A stretch of DNA of 64,000 bases from Rebecca billardiae RCC1528 (taxonomy: Eukaryota; Protista; Haptophyta). Shown piece after piece: positions 11,176 to 22,975 of the stretch. Location of the stretch: assembly GCA_965240325.2 (NCBI GenBank), contig OZ251226.1:558001-622000 (forward strand), written 5' to 3'. The notes beneath the pieces are model-generated. The model ran no database searches. It was not told where the DNA came from and worked only from the letters and a program-made list of their open reading frames with translations. The position numbers and the translations under genes were made by a program. Each line of letters starts with the position of its first letter. Position 1 is the first letter of the stretch.

Positions 11176-12036
11176 ATGGTGCACGAAGACAACAAGGACG
11201 TGCCGCCGCAGCGCGATCCCGATGGCGACCCCAGCTACATCGAGATCCACGTCGACAGCGAGTTTCTGGAGAAGGCGCGCAACCTCAATTTCACGGACGG
11301 TGTCATCGTCTCCGTTCTGCGCCAGGTCAACTTTGACTACATCGCAGCGGCGAGGGAGCTGGCACATCTGGCCACCCAACGAGCGAACGAGCAAGACGCG
11401 GCAGACACCACGCTTCCGCCGAAGAAGCGCCACCGCGAGCTGGAGACGGACGCGATGCGCTCCTCGGATCCGGAGAGCGCCGGCGGTGCGCGGCCACAGC
11501 TGCCGAGCACAGCTGCGAGGGCCGCGGGGTACGCGATGGCAGGCGCGCTGCCCGCGAGGCCGCCTCCCATGGGGCGTGGGCCCAAGAAGCTGCGCACCGG
11601 GAAGGCCGGCTTGGGCGAGCTGATGGAGGCGAACCTCATCGCCGAAGGTGCGCGCGCGCGGCAGTGCGTGCGGGCAGGCGACCGAGTGCACGCGAGCGTG
11701 CTTGCCCCAACGTACCGCACCCTCCCCGTCCACGCGTGCGTCGCGCGGCTCGACGGCGCAGGCGAGGGCGTGCTCGCGGTGGACGTGACCGTGAGGGGCT
11801 GCCGCGTGCGGAGGAGCGGGCACCTGCGATGGGCCTCGGGCCCAGAGGGGCGCTACCCCCTGATCTGCGACGCCGCGAACGGTCTCACCTTTGACTCGCC
11901 GTCAGGCTGGGCCGTGCAGAGTATCAAGGAGGCCTTGAATACCAAGGACGCGAAGACGAATGGCTTCACGGCAGTGTACTACCAGGGGCAGAAGCTCTCC
12001 GACATCCGCGCGCAGCTCGAGGAGATGGAAAAATAG
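11176..12036 (+). CDS. RAMA-domain protein with an N-terminal CUE/UBA-like helix bundle; in-frame intron 11648-11761
   Basis: After splicing LGELMEANLIAEGEGVLAV...GLTFDSPSGWA...NGFTAVYYQGQKLSDIR, the RAMA pattern seen in MPND; N-terminal FTDGVIVSVLRQVNFDYIAAARELA. Confidence 0.75.
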   Translation: MVHEDNKDVPPQRDPDGDPSYIEIHVDSEFLEKARNLNFTDGVIVSVLRQVNFDYIAAARELAHLATQRANEQDAADTTLPPKKRHRELETDAMRSSDPESAGGARPQLPSTAARAAGYAMAGALPARPPPMGRGPKKLRTGKAGLGELMEANLIAEGARARQCVRAGDRVHASVLAPTYRTLPVHACVARLDGAGEGVLAVDVTVRGCRVRRSGHLRWASGPEGRYPLICDAANGLTFDSPSGWAVQSIKEALNTKDAKTNGFTAVYYQGQKLSDIRAQLEEMEK

Positions 12037-13396
12037 CGGCGTCGTTGACACTAATCAGTTCCACCGGCCGGGCGGCCGGCGACTCCCGGTAATTCGTGGT
12101 CCTATACCGCCGAGGTAACTGGTAAGCTGCGCTACAGCCCGTACCGATCAGGTCGATCGGAGTCGCCGGGACAGTCGGTCATCTCGCCTCTTGGGGCCGG
12201 GCGGGCGTGATCAGGAGTCCGCTTAGAAGCAGCCGATTGGCGGCCGACCGTCAGACCGTCATGATGAGTGTCCGTCATGATCCGCCGAACGTTAGTAATC
12301 TGAGTACGGGGCACGGCGCCGCGGCTGAGTAGTGAGTGACGGCGCCGCCCGCCGTCCGAGTTCTCCGTCCGTCCCGCCCTCAGAGCTCCGTCTCGCGAGA
12401 CGGTGTGAGACTACGACTCATACTGACTCCGAGAGTGCTGCGGGGCGCGAGCCTCGGCGCGGCGCGGCGGCCACGAAATTCGTCTCGATGAGACTAGCAG
12501 AGGGGCCAAAGCCCCACTACCGTGTCGGGGGTCAGTGCGTCAGCCGCCAAAAGTCCATGGCAATCTGAAGCAGTGTCTGTCGTCTGCTTGAGATGAGGCT
12601 GCTCTCATCAAACTTCGAGATGTCCGAATATATATACACAGTAACCTCATCTGCTTCATCGCCCAGAGCGCGCTAGGCGGCACGCGCACTCTCCAAGCCC
12701 CTCTTCTGCAGCTGCGCGCCGCTTGGCCGGCGCGCGGCGACGCGTACTACGACCGAGTCATCCTCATCCAGGCGCCCACGCGGGCGCGCACGGGGGCGAC
12801 AGCCGCGGCTGCCGCTTGCCGGAGCTACTCGCCGCTAGGTCGGCGGGCAGCGACATCGACTACGACCTCACCCTCATCCAAGTGCTCCGGAAGGCGCTCG
12901 GCCGCGGCGGCATCTGCCGTCGCCGCCGCGTGCCCCAGGCCCGAGGCGGTGGCTCCATCCCGGCCCCGCTCCCGTAGGGGGGCAGGGCTGCGGGTGGCGC
13001 ACTGTCTGACCTGGACGGAAGGCGCGGACGCATTCTATGTGCCTGCTGCACTCTGAGCCTGACGCTTGCCCGTTGCTGCCACGTCGTTAAATAAATATAT
13101 ATATACATATGCATATGCATATACATATTCAGCATCGCCTGAAATGACCCGCCCGGTGGGGGCGGGCTGGGAGTCACGCTAACAGCAAGTTTTGCGAAAA
13201 TTTTATGTCACATATATACGACTGGAGATGGCTCCGGCTCCGGTCCACCCCCCCCCCCCAGCTCCGTGACCGTTACGTCTGCTTGGCCCCGAGCCGAAGT
13301 CAACCCGAAGCGGACCATGCAGCAGAATGCAGAGTCCCTTCCGACGGTCCCCGATTGATGACTTCGTCAACGAGAAATGTCGCATCCGACCACCTC

Positions 13397-13552
13397 CCAA
13401 TAGGTTCAGACTCTATTTTTACTATGCAATTACCCGTCCCTTACTCGGATTTCAGCACAGTCCGGGAGCGTTCCGGACACCTGTATACATATGCGAAATT
13501 CAGCACCCGGGCTGGGTATTTAGTTAGAGAAAATAGAGTCTGAACCTATTGG
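13397..13552. mobile_element. 156-bp MITE-like element with perfect 23-bp inverted repeats
   Basis: CCAATAGGTTCAGACTCTATTTT (13397-13419) and its reverse complement (13530-13552). Confidence 0.65.
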
Positions 13553-14362
13553 AGGTCGGGCTGATGATCCATTTGGCCGTAATATATCGTCCAAGGGACC
13601 GCCTGGGGTGGTCTAGGAGAGTCTAGCTAGTAGTGTAGATCATCAGAGGCAGCGATCCCGCCGATTCAGCAGATTGCAGTGTCAAGATGTAACGCTCCAA
13701 CCAGTGCCCCGGACTGCCGACTGGGGGGGTGGACCGAAGCCGGAGCCAGATCTACGACCTCAATCTCGACGCGATCTCGGTAACATTAGTAGGGGAGATA
13801 TACGATCGATCTGCCAAAGTGATCTGCTGCTCGCTATCTGCATCAAAGGAAATTAAATGGAATCGCGTACCGGCTAGATCACAGTTTGGCAGTCTGAAAA
13901 GTGAATTCGGCACATGCGGACTTCTACCGATCCCTTTCAGAATTAAGTCCTAAACGAACTTACATGCACGCGGACTCAATAAACAGCGCTAGTAGTAAGC
14001 CGACGAGCAGTAGGAGATGTTTAATCATCATCATATATCTCTCCACGCACGATCTTGCTTTTCTTGTGGCACACTGACCGCTAACAGACAGTGTTTAACA
14101 GTTAGGCTAACTACGCTCATATTAGTCATACTAAGCTATACGCGGTCATTATCATCATCATATCATCCCGCCTCAATATATAATTCTGCGAAGGGCTGAT
14201 GGTCCCCAGTGGCAGTAGACGGCATCAGTTGCTCCGCTTTGTGCAGTTGGGTTTCCAGAATTTGATGATCATTCGCCTTGCAACATCGGTGGATTTCGGT
14301 GGTGCTCGGAGGGCTTCGTCGTGATGTCAGCACTCGATCATCAGCCGTGAGGCTGCACAGAG

Positions 14363-17300
14363 TCAGGTGGCGTGCGCCCCGTCGGGCGCGACCACTGACG
14401 CGCCGCTCCGCCCGCTGCGGTGCGAGGAGCCGCTACGTCCGGAGAGCAAGTTGCGCCGAGAGCCATGTCGACTGCTGCCGCCCGTGCTGGCCTCGGCGAT
14501 GTGCTGGGCGTGGCTCGCCCAGGTCCAGCTCGAGTCGCGATTGACGAGGCGCGAGCGTTGGCCCGGAGTGCTCTGGAGCAGCGCCCGCGGCCGCAGCGCC
14601 GCCGACCTGACCGAGCCTGGCTGCTCGGCCTGGTCGCGCCTCGCGCCTTCTCGCACCATCGCCAGGATCTTGTCGTGACTGCTCGGCGGCAGGTGCTTGG
14701 CGAGGATCGTGGGCGGCGGCGCACGGCGGTGGCGGGGCTCGGAGCGCCCCATCATCGAATGGCGCCGGCGCGGCCCGCTGGCTGCGCCGCCGAGCGCAAC
14801 CGTTCGGGCGGCTGAGTGCAGACCGCCAGCCGGCCGAGGCGGCTGGCCGGTGCTCAGCTCGGTCCGTCCCTCCTCCACGGATGGGCACGAGCTCATCAAG
14901 CCCGGAGCCGAGGAGCGCGCGGCGGAGCCGGCGGCACCCTCCGACCGGCGCAAGCCGCGCCATTCGGGCGCGCGGGTCCTTAGGCCATCGCTCGTGCGCT
15001 GCCGGGTGAGCCACCAGCGGGGCCGAGCCGAGCCCGCCCCAGCCGCGCCGTGATGCACCGCCACCGGGCTCGGTGGCCTGGCGACGGCGTCGGCCTGGTC
15101 CCATTCCCTCGGCGTGCTCGAGCTCGAGTCCCGCCCGCTCCCCGCGCCGCCCGACTGCGCGAGGCCCATGCCCTCGAGCTCGGTGCTGAGCGCGCCTGCC
15201 GCGACCCGCGCCACGCTCAGAAGGCCTCCGAAGAATTCGCTCGGGAAGTAGCGCTCGGTGGTGGCCGGGTCGGCGTCGAGCAGCACGGCCTGCGAGGCGG
15301 GGGTGCCGCCTCCGCCCCCGCCGCCGGCGCCACCGCCGTCGCCGCCGGCGCCAGCAGCCTGCTCCTCCGCCACGCGCTGCAGCTTGGCGAGCAGTAGCAG
15401 CCCCAGGATCGGGTCGACCAGCTTGCTCTTGTCCGCCTCGTCCGAGAACTTCCCGTGCAACACGAGGGCGACGGAGTCGAGCCAGCCCGGCCGCTCGTGC
15501 AGGGGCAGCAGCGCGGGGCCCTGCAGCGCGGCGGGCGCGGCCTCGCGCTGCGCGGCGGCGGCGGCGTCGGAGCCTCCCGCCACCACCTCGCGCTCCTCAC
15601 ACCGCGCCGCCGCGCCCGCCGCGCCACCGCCATCCCACAGGTGCATGCCCACCTTGCCGCCGAGCGTGAGCCTCGACCACTGCTCCAGCCTGCACCAGCC
15701 TCGCAGCTGCGGCGTGGACGCAGGGGCGCGTGCGTGCGCGCGGCCGGGGCGCGTGGCTCGGCGCACGCGGCGCGCATGGCGCGGCGCTCGCGCCGCCGCG
15801 CGCGCGCGCGCGCACTTGATACGTGTCGACGCCGCAGGGCGCGCCGGTGTCTGCGTGCGTGGCGGGCGGCGCCACGACCACAAAGTGGCGCATCGCTGCC
15901 GCGCACACCGCGAGCGTGTCGATGGCGCGCTGCTTGGACGTGGCGTTCTTCTGCGGGATGCACGAGTAGTCGATCTGCGCGCCGCGCAGGCGCACAGCAC
16001 GGCCGGCGGGCGGCGGGTTGAGTGCCGCGCGCGCGCGCGCGGGAGGCGCGCCCGGCGCGCGCAGAGGCCGCGCGTACCCACACATAGAGCTCGGCGGGCT
16101 GCGCGCCCGTCCGAGCGCACAGCTCGGCGCACGCCGCACAGATGGCGTCGAAGTGGACGTTCTGGGGGTCGGGCTCGGAGGAGCCGAGCCACTGCGCGCG
16201 GAGGCGCGGCGAGCGCAGGGCACAGCGCGTCAGAGGCCGCCGGCGCGTGCGCGCGCGATTCGGGCGAGCACGCGAGTTGAGAGAGCGGCGGGCGTGCGAG
16301 TGCACACGCTCGACGCGCGGCGCGGCGCTGGCTGGCCGCTCGGGAGCCGCACACAATCATCGGCAACGCACAGCGCGCGCGCAGCAGCAGCAGCAGCGGC
16401 ACGGGCCCCTACCGCGCGCACGCGCTCGCCCTCCCTGCTGCTGCCGCGCGCGCGCGCCCGAGGTGCGTCTCTCGGCCGCCAGATCGCCATCTCGCGCGCG
16501 TGTGCGCACCTGGTGCGAGACGAAGACGGTCTCGTGCCGCGCGCAGAAGGCCCTCAGCTCCTCGTACGTGTCGAGGGTGGCGAGCTGCGCGCGCACGTGC
16601 TCGTGCGGCGCGAGCCGGCCCAGCGCGCGCAGGCTGGCGAAGGGCAGCAGCACCACGGGGCACTTGAGCTCGACGACTGTCGAGAGAGCCGCGAGCACGC
16701 GCGCCACGTTCGCCTCGTCCTGCTCGCGCTGCGCCACGAGAGCCGAGCGCACGCGCGCGGCGGCGCGCGAGGCGCCATAGAGCAAGGCCGCGAGGACGAG
16801 CGCGCCGATCACCGCCGTGAGCGCGTACACCAGCGCAGCCCGCCAGAACGCCACCTGGTCCGTCGACGGGCTGGCGCGCACCATCACCGTGGCCGAGGCC
16901 GAGCTCGCGCCCTCCTCGTCCTCTGCGACGTATTGCAAAGCGCTCGAGCCGGGCGCAAGCGCGCGCACCCACACCGTGTGCTCGCCCAGCGGGAGCGAGG
17001 CAGGCAGCCGCAGCGCGCGCGCCGACGCCTCGCCGTCGCGCTTGCTCGCGTACAGCTCGAGGGCCGCCCCGTCCTCCTCGAGCGCCTGCAGCCTCACCAC
17101 CAGCGAGCCCGACCCATCGGCGTCCGCCTCCGCCGCCGCCGACCCCGACGAGCCCGCCGCGCCGCCGGCGGCACCGGAGGCGTCCGAGTGGCTGTCGACA
17201 TCGTCGACCGGCAGCCTGACGGGCACGAGCTCGCCGACCGTGAGCTCCGCGAGCACGTCCGACGCGATCGGCGCGTCGTTCCGCGCGCCGATCGACAGCT

Positions 17301-20220
17301 CGACCACGCCCGCCGCGCGCGCCGAGCGCAGCGGCTGGCCGGGGCAGTCGGTGGCCGAGAAGCCGAACCAGTCCGACCCGTGCGCGTCCGCACGCGGCAC
17401 GTAGGTCACGGTGCGCACGCCGGTGGGGAGCGCGGCGGACTGCAGCGAGGTGCTCCCGATCAGCGCGACGTAGTCCACGTAGTTCCAGTCGTCGATCCCC
17501 GTCTCCGCGCTCGTGTCCAGCTCGAGCCGCACGCGGTCGGTCTTGAAGTGCGTGCGGCACGCCGGCACGGTCCACGCGTAGTACGTGCGCGTGCTCGCGG
17601 CCAGCTCGACGGCCGCGCGCTGCGCTGGCTGGCGGAAGAGGCGGGTCCAGCCGCCGCCCGGCGCGCCGACGCGCACGCCGACGACCGCGCCCATCCCGCG
17701 CGGCGAGCCCACCTCCACGCTCACGACGTACACCGCCGTGCGCACGCGCAGCTCCACCCACTCTGTGAAGCCCCGCTCCGGATAGGACGGCACTTGCGAG
17801 TGCGAGAAGGCAAACTGCGGCCCCCATCGGCCTCCGGCCGGGTTGGAGAGGTCGCGCGCGCCGATGAAGCCTTTGCTCGCCGGGCACCACGCTCCCGCCC
17901 GCACCGGCGAGACGTCGGAGAGCCGCACGCGCGCGCGCGGCGCGTGCGGCTGCCCGCTCCGGAGCGGCGCGCAGTCGGCCGGGTAGCTGGCCGTCCTGGC
18001 GGGCGCGTCCATAGCACACGGGACCCACGCGCCGCTCGCGCCGTCGCGCCGCCACTGCGGCAAGTACTCGATGTGAGCGTGCGTCGGGGCCGCCGCGCCG
18101 AGCCCGGCGCCGTCGGCGCCGCCGCCCGCCGCCGCCTCGTCCGCCTCGAGCCCGAGCACGCGCGCCGGAATCCCCGCCGGAGCCGCCGGGTGGAAGAGCA
18201 GCTCGCCCTCGCGCGGCACGCCGCCCGGAAACTCGCCGATGCACTCGCCGTACAGCGCGCACGAGGGTGGGCCGATGAGCTGGATCGGGTGGTAGTCGGC
18301 GAAGGCGCCGGTGCCCCAGTAGGACGAGACCGCCGTCACCTCGTGCACGTACTGCGTGAGCACGTCGCCCACGGCGTACGCGTTGTGCTCCGCCTCGATG
18401 TGCACGCGGCCGCTGTGCGCGAACGGGTCGGCAAAGAACAGGTCGCCCTTGGCCGGGAGCCTCGTGACAAACAGGCCGAACGGGTCGTCGCCCTCCGCGT
18501 TGGTCGCGCGCAGACGCACCTCCACGCCGCCGCGCGCGTCCTCCGCCACCTCCGCGCGCGTGCGCGCCTCGACCACCGGCAGCTCGTCGAAGGGCGTCAC
18601 GTCGAGCGTGAAGTTCATCGTGGCTCCGAGCAGCAGCGCGCCGCCGGCGTCGGCGGCGCCGCCGAGCGCCGCTGCCGTGTCGTTGAGCGCGCGCGCGAGG
18701 CCGAACGAGTCGAAGGCGCGGCCGAACTCGTTGGCGTTGGGCTGGTAGAAGACGAACGCCGAGCTGCCCGCGAGCACCGTGAGCGCCGCCTCCACCCGCG
18801 CGCCGGGCCTGTACACCATCTCCCACCTGGCCGTGCCGTCGTCCGAAGCCCCTGCCGGCCGCTGCGAGAAGACGTGGGCGGCGAAGAGCGCGCCGCGCTC
18901 GGGCAGCCGCGTGACGACGAGGTGCTCGGGCTGGCCGAGCGCGCCGCCGCCGCTGTACACCTCGAGCAGCTTGAGCTCCCCCTCCGCCAGCGTGACGTGC
19001 GTGAAGATCGCCGCGCCGCCGTCCACTGGCATCGGCAGCGGCGGCGCGAGCGGCCAGACGTGCACGGCGGTGCCGCCGTCGCCGTCGGCGTCGATCTCGA
19101 GCGCGAGTGGCGCGTCGAACGGCTCGGGCGCGGTGAGGTTGAGCACGCGGCCGTCGTCGAGCGCGAGCGAGAGCCGCTCGCCCGCGCGCGCCCACGCCAC
19201 GTACGGCGCGCCCGGCCGCACCGCCTTGCGCAGCGGCCGCGAGAGCGGCGGCGGCGTGCGCTCGGGCGGCCGCAGCGCGAGCACGTGCCCCTGCAGCCGC
19301 GCGAGCTCGACGGCGTCGCGCATCTCGGGGTGGGCGTGCACCATCTGGCCGAGGAGCAGGTCTCCGTCCGGGCCGATCGTGCCCAGGTTGCGCTCGACAC
19401 GCGACACCACGCCGCTGCCATTGACCGCCGCGGCCGCCGGCAGCGGTTCGTCAAAATCGTACAGCAGCAGCAAGTCCGGCTCCAGCCCGGCGCGCAGCCG
19501 CGCGGTGAGCGAGGCGTTCCAGCGCTCGGCGATCTGCCCGGGCGAGAGCGCGCCGCCGAAGAGCGCCACGTCGTCGAGCTGCCCGCGGAACCCGAACTCG
19601 TCGTTCACCACCTGGTGCCGCTCCGGGTTATCCACGTTTTGCGGGTACACGTGCGCGCCCAGCGTCGCAAACGGCCGGTCGTCGATGAGCGAGCCGCGCA
19701 GGTCGTCGGCGAGGTCGTAGCCCACGCCGTCGAAGTAGGCGCGCAGCCTGCCGTCCGATGCGTTCCACGTGAGCGCGTAGTGGTGCCACTGCTGCCCGTA
19801 CTCCACCGTGAGCTCGTCGAGCGCGTCCCAACGGATCGGGATGTCATTCGAGAGAATCATGTGGCCACTGCTCGATTGGAAGGGCACAAAGTGGCAGCAC
19901 GCGGCGGTGCGCACGAGCTGGAAGTGTATCCGTGGGCCTCTCGACGCGGACTCGAGCCCGTCGGTGCGCGCCCACACCATGAAAGTCGCGCCGCGCTCGA
20001 GCTTGGCCACCTCGGGGTGCGACGCGTCGAGGGCGCGCGCGCGCTGTCCCGCGATCATTGTCGGGTTGGAGAAAGTGGCGACGTAGTTGCGCGCGATCAC
20101 GCCGCGCGGCCGAGCCGCCACGTGCACTTGCGCCGCCGCCGCCGCGGCGACGAACACGGCGCGGGCGAGCTGCGCCACCCGCGCCCCGGGGGCTGGGCCC
20201 CCACGCCCCGCTCCAGACAT
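14363..20220 (-). CDS. Large single-pass receptor-like protein: LamG + Ig/cadherin-like + galactose-binding-like ectodomain, TM, cytoplasmic HET/TIR-like domain; exons 20220-16510, 16191-16078, 15974-15816, 15706-14363
   Basis: LamG motifs QWHHYALTWN..LRAYFDG, FRGQLDDVALF; repeated YxPxA..GxDxF/NDAP Ig-like units; TM AALVYALTAVIGALVLAALLYG; three GT-AG introns restore FVSHQW, YVWIDYSCIPQ, YQLRGWCRLEQW. Confidence 0.8.
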
Positions 20221-20259
20221 GCTGAGTCGCGGGTGGTCGTCGGCGTTGCGCCGACGCGT

Positions 20260-21144
20260 TTATTCGACCAATCGGAAAGAACCGATGCTGTGGAAACTGC
20301 GGGGGCCTGGCGGCCTTGTCCCGGTGGGGCTGGTCGAACACAGCGCGTCTAGGACGCGACGGAGAAGCTTGCCAGGGCCGGCAGACCCGACGACGATGGG
20401 ACGAGTTGGCCGTTCAGCGCTGACCGTAAGTAACGGTATCATCCGGGCTGCCGCGTCTTCTGAGCGCGTCGCGCGTGCGATTAAGCCAGGCGCGGCAGCG
20501 CGGCACTCTTCTGCAAGGCCCACCGAGGCGCACGGCGAGGCGCGCGTCGATGCAGTCGTCGCTGCGCACGGCCGCTCGGGCACGACGGCACGGCAACGCA
20601 ACCGACTAGTAGCACGGCGTAGACTCCTGCAGCCGTCGCTGAGCACGGCCCGTCGGGCACGACGTGGTACGAGCGGCTCGCGTCGGTGTGCATGTTGTGT
20701 CGTGCAGCTCGCGCCGGCGGGCACGCACCTCCGCGATGGCGCCGCGAGCCGCGGGCGGCGCGGGTGACGGCTCGAAGGCCGCGCCCGTTGATGACGAGCC
20801 AGGGAGAGTAATAGTCGGGCAAGTCGGCGAGCGGGTGGCTTATGGTAGGCTTGTGGTACAAGCTTCTCCATGAGGCCGTTCGTGCACGTCATCTGATGCG
20901 GCTGCGGCTGCTTGATCGCCGCCACGTGCCGCTGGATCTCCGCCAGATCGGCGCAGTTCCTCGCGACGCCGACGATGGCATCTGGCGCTGGGTTCGGCGG
21001 AGGCCCGCGGAGCTGATCCTCGTCGCGCACGTGTGTGCGAGCGCGAGTGCCGGCAGCGTCGTCGAGCCACGCCGGCGGAGCGCCAATCTGCGTGTCGCGC
21101 GCGGCCTTCGCCGCCTGCAGCAGCGCGCTGAGCTCGTTCGTCAT
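20260..21144 (-). CDS. Possible hypothetical protein, structure uncertain
   Basis: ATG-initiated ORF MTNELSALLQAAK...; GTGCGT donor-like site near 20728; no recognisable domain. Confidence 0.3.
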   Translation of the reverse strand: MTNELSALLQAAKAARDTQIGAPPAWLDDAAGTRARTHVRDEDQLRGPPPNPAPDAIVGVARNCADLAEIQRHVAAIKQPQPHQMTCTNGLMEKLVPQAYHKPPARRLARLLLSLARHQRARPSSRHPRRPRLAAPSRRCVPAGASCTTQHAHRREPLVPRRARRAVLSDGCRSLRRATSRLRCRAVVPERPCAATTASTRASPCASVGLAEECRAAAPGLIARATRSEDAAARMIPLLTVSAERPTRPIVVGSAGPGKLLRRVLDALCSTSPTGTRPPGPRSFHSIGSFRLVE

Positions 21145-21800
21145 ACTCAATCGTGTGTGCCGAGCGCACGCGGCGCGGCGGCGAAGCACTCTCAATGTGG
21201 AAGGGATGGTCGTAGAAAAGCGTCAACAAATAGGTGAGAATCGCAACGACGTCCCTATGAGGCGCGCTCAAAAAGGTAACGACATGCGTTCTCGATTCCC
21301 AAGGCGTGCCTAATCAAAAAACGGTTGAGGCCCAGTTGTTCGTATTCCTACTCCGGTATTACTTTCCTCAGCAGTATTGGACACACAATTAAAGGGGGTC
21401 GGAGCTGGGTCTCCCAGAGCTTTGAATACAATTAAAATTCCTTAAAGCTGTGTTCACCAGAATTAGATAGTTCGATGACAATCATTCGATCAGCCTGACA
21501 GGCTGCTCTCAGCAGTGAATACTGTGCTTGCTGCAATGGCCGCCTCGATGAGGTGCGGCAACGCGCCCCTCACCTGCCTGCGCCGGTCTGTTTTGTGGCG
21601 GTGTCTTTATGCAGTGTTGGATGGCGTCAATCACGCCTTAATAATCAGTTCAATGACAATTCATGCCGAGTTGGTTCGCGCGCAAGCGTTGCTGTGTCAC
21701 CGTCACGCCGAGCGGGACTGGCGGTCGGCTGCCACTCCCCGAGGACACTGTCACAACGAGACCCGTTGGAGCCAGTCGGACGTGGGGCACGGCGGCGCGG

Positions 21801-22622
21801 TTAGAGCAGCGCGGACTGCTGCTTGAGCAGCACGAAGTAGTCGGTGAGGTAGATTGTCATCGCGATCGGGATGGCGACCGAGATCAGGTTCTTGTCGACA
21901 CCCCTCCACAGCCAGCGCACGCCCTGCTCCCGCGTTAGCCGCCTGCACACCTGGCTGAGCGACTCGTCGGTCTTGAACATCTCGTTCCGAATGATGTCGA
22001 AGGGGTTGGTGATGGTCGCACCCGCGATCCCCGCCGTCACCGCCTTCTTCGCCGAGCGCAGCCGCACCTCCGAGCGCGGCGCATCCGCCGCCGGCTGCGG
22101 CAGTGCGTGCTCCATCGCATCCTTGACGAAGACGGCGACGCAGTACTTGGGCACCGTCTTGAGGATGCCAGCGGACGTGCCGTGCCAGAGCGCGCCGACG
22201 CCACGCGACTCGCGGATCCCCTGCATCGCCGACGCCACCGTCCGCCACGGCGACTCTGGGTTCTGAATCGTGATCGAGGCGCGAATGATCGGCTGGTTAG
22301 CGACCTGCACGAGCGACGAGATCACGAGCGGCGGCGCGACCATCGCGACCGTCGGCGGCGCTCCGGCGGCGATGAGGGCCTGCTTGCCCGCATCCGAGCC
22401 GTAGAAAATGCTCGCGCGCGCCCACGTCATCCCCGCGAGCACCGGCCCGACTCCTCGCCATGGCGGCTTGAAGGCATTTGCGTATTTGCCAAGCATGCCG
22501 CCGCCCTCCACTTTGAAGCCCGACTGCGCGACGGCGGAGGCTCGCCACAGCGGGTAGTTGACAAACGCCGCGGCCAGCGACGCGCCGAAGTAGCAGTCCG
22601 CGTCCGCGCTGCCCGCGCCCAT
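21801..22622 (-). CDS. Mitochondrial carrier (SLC25 family), divergent
   Basis: Three-repeat carrier pattern NYPLWRAS, NQPIIRAS..GVGALWHG, TNPFDIIRNEM..GVRWLWRG. Confidence 0.85.
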   Translation of the reverse strand: MGAGSADADCYFGASLAAAFVNYPLWRASAVAQSGFKVEGGGMLGKYANAFKPPWRGVGPVLAGMTWARASIFYGSDAGKQALIAAGAPPTVAMVAPPLVISSLVQVANQPIIRASITIQNPESPWRTVASAMQGIRESRGVGALWHGTSAGILKTVPKYCVAVFVKDAMEHALPQPAADAPRSEVRLRSAKKAVTAGIAGATITNPFDIIRNEMFKTDESLSQVCRRLTREQGVRWLWRGVDKNLISVAIPIAMTIYLTDYFVLLKQQSALL

Positions 22623-22975
22623 GCCTGCCGGGTGCGAGTCGGTCCTGGACAGGTGCTCGGGAATCTCGCAGTGCGCAAGGCCGGTGCTGCCCCACCGTGC
22701 TCCGTCGCTCCGGTCGCATCCACCGTCATTTCGTCCCGAGTTTACCGCCGCCCCCCCGCCGCCGAATAATGCGCATGCGAAGGCCGGAAAACGGCCTGTA
22801 GTTTGGGGCTGGTTTTTTTTCGGAGGCGAAAATTCACCTTTTAGTGGACCTTGCTCGGAATCATCCAAAAGTGAAAAGGCCAAATCGGCTGGCTGTGGTC
22901 CCACCGGGAGTCGGCGCGCTTTGAGAGCGGCGGCCGCCCCGGCCCGTCAAGCCGAGCGCAGCCGTTGGACGCACG

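Noticed and set aside
12723-12977. Possible gene fragment (DIDYDLTLIQVLRKALG)
   Set aside because: Short, no ATG start or recognisable family; cannot be supported
16018-20352. 1444-aa plus-strand ORF, and similar long ORFs such as 42880-46011, 30220-31797 and 9257-11032
   Set aside because: Antisense shadows of real genes caused by extreme GC3; Arg/Ala-rich with no motifs
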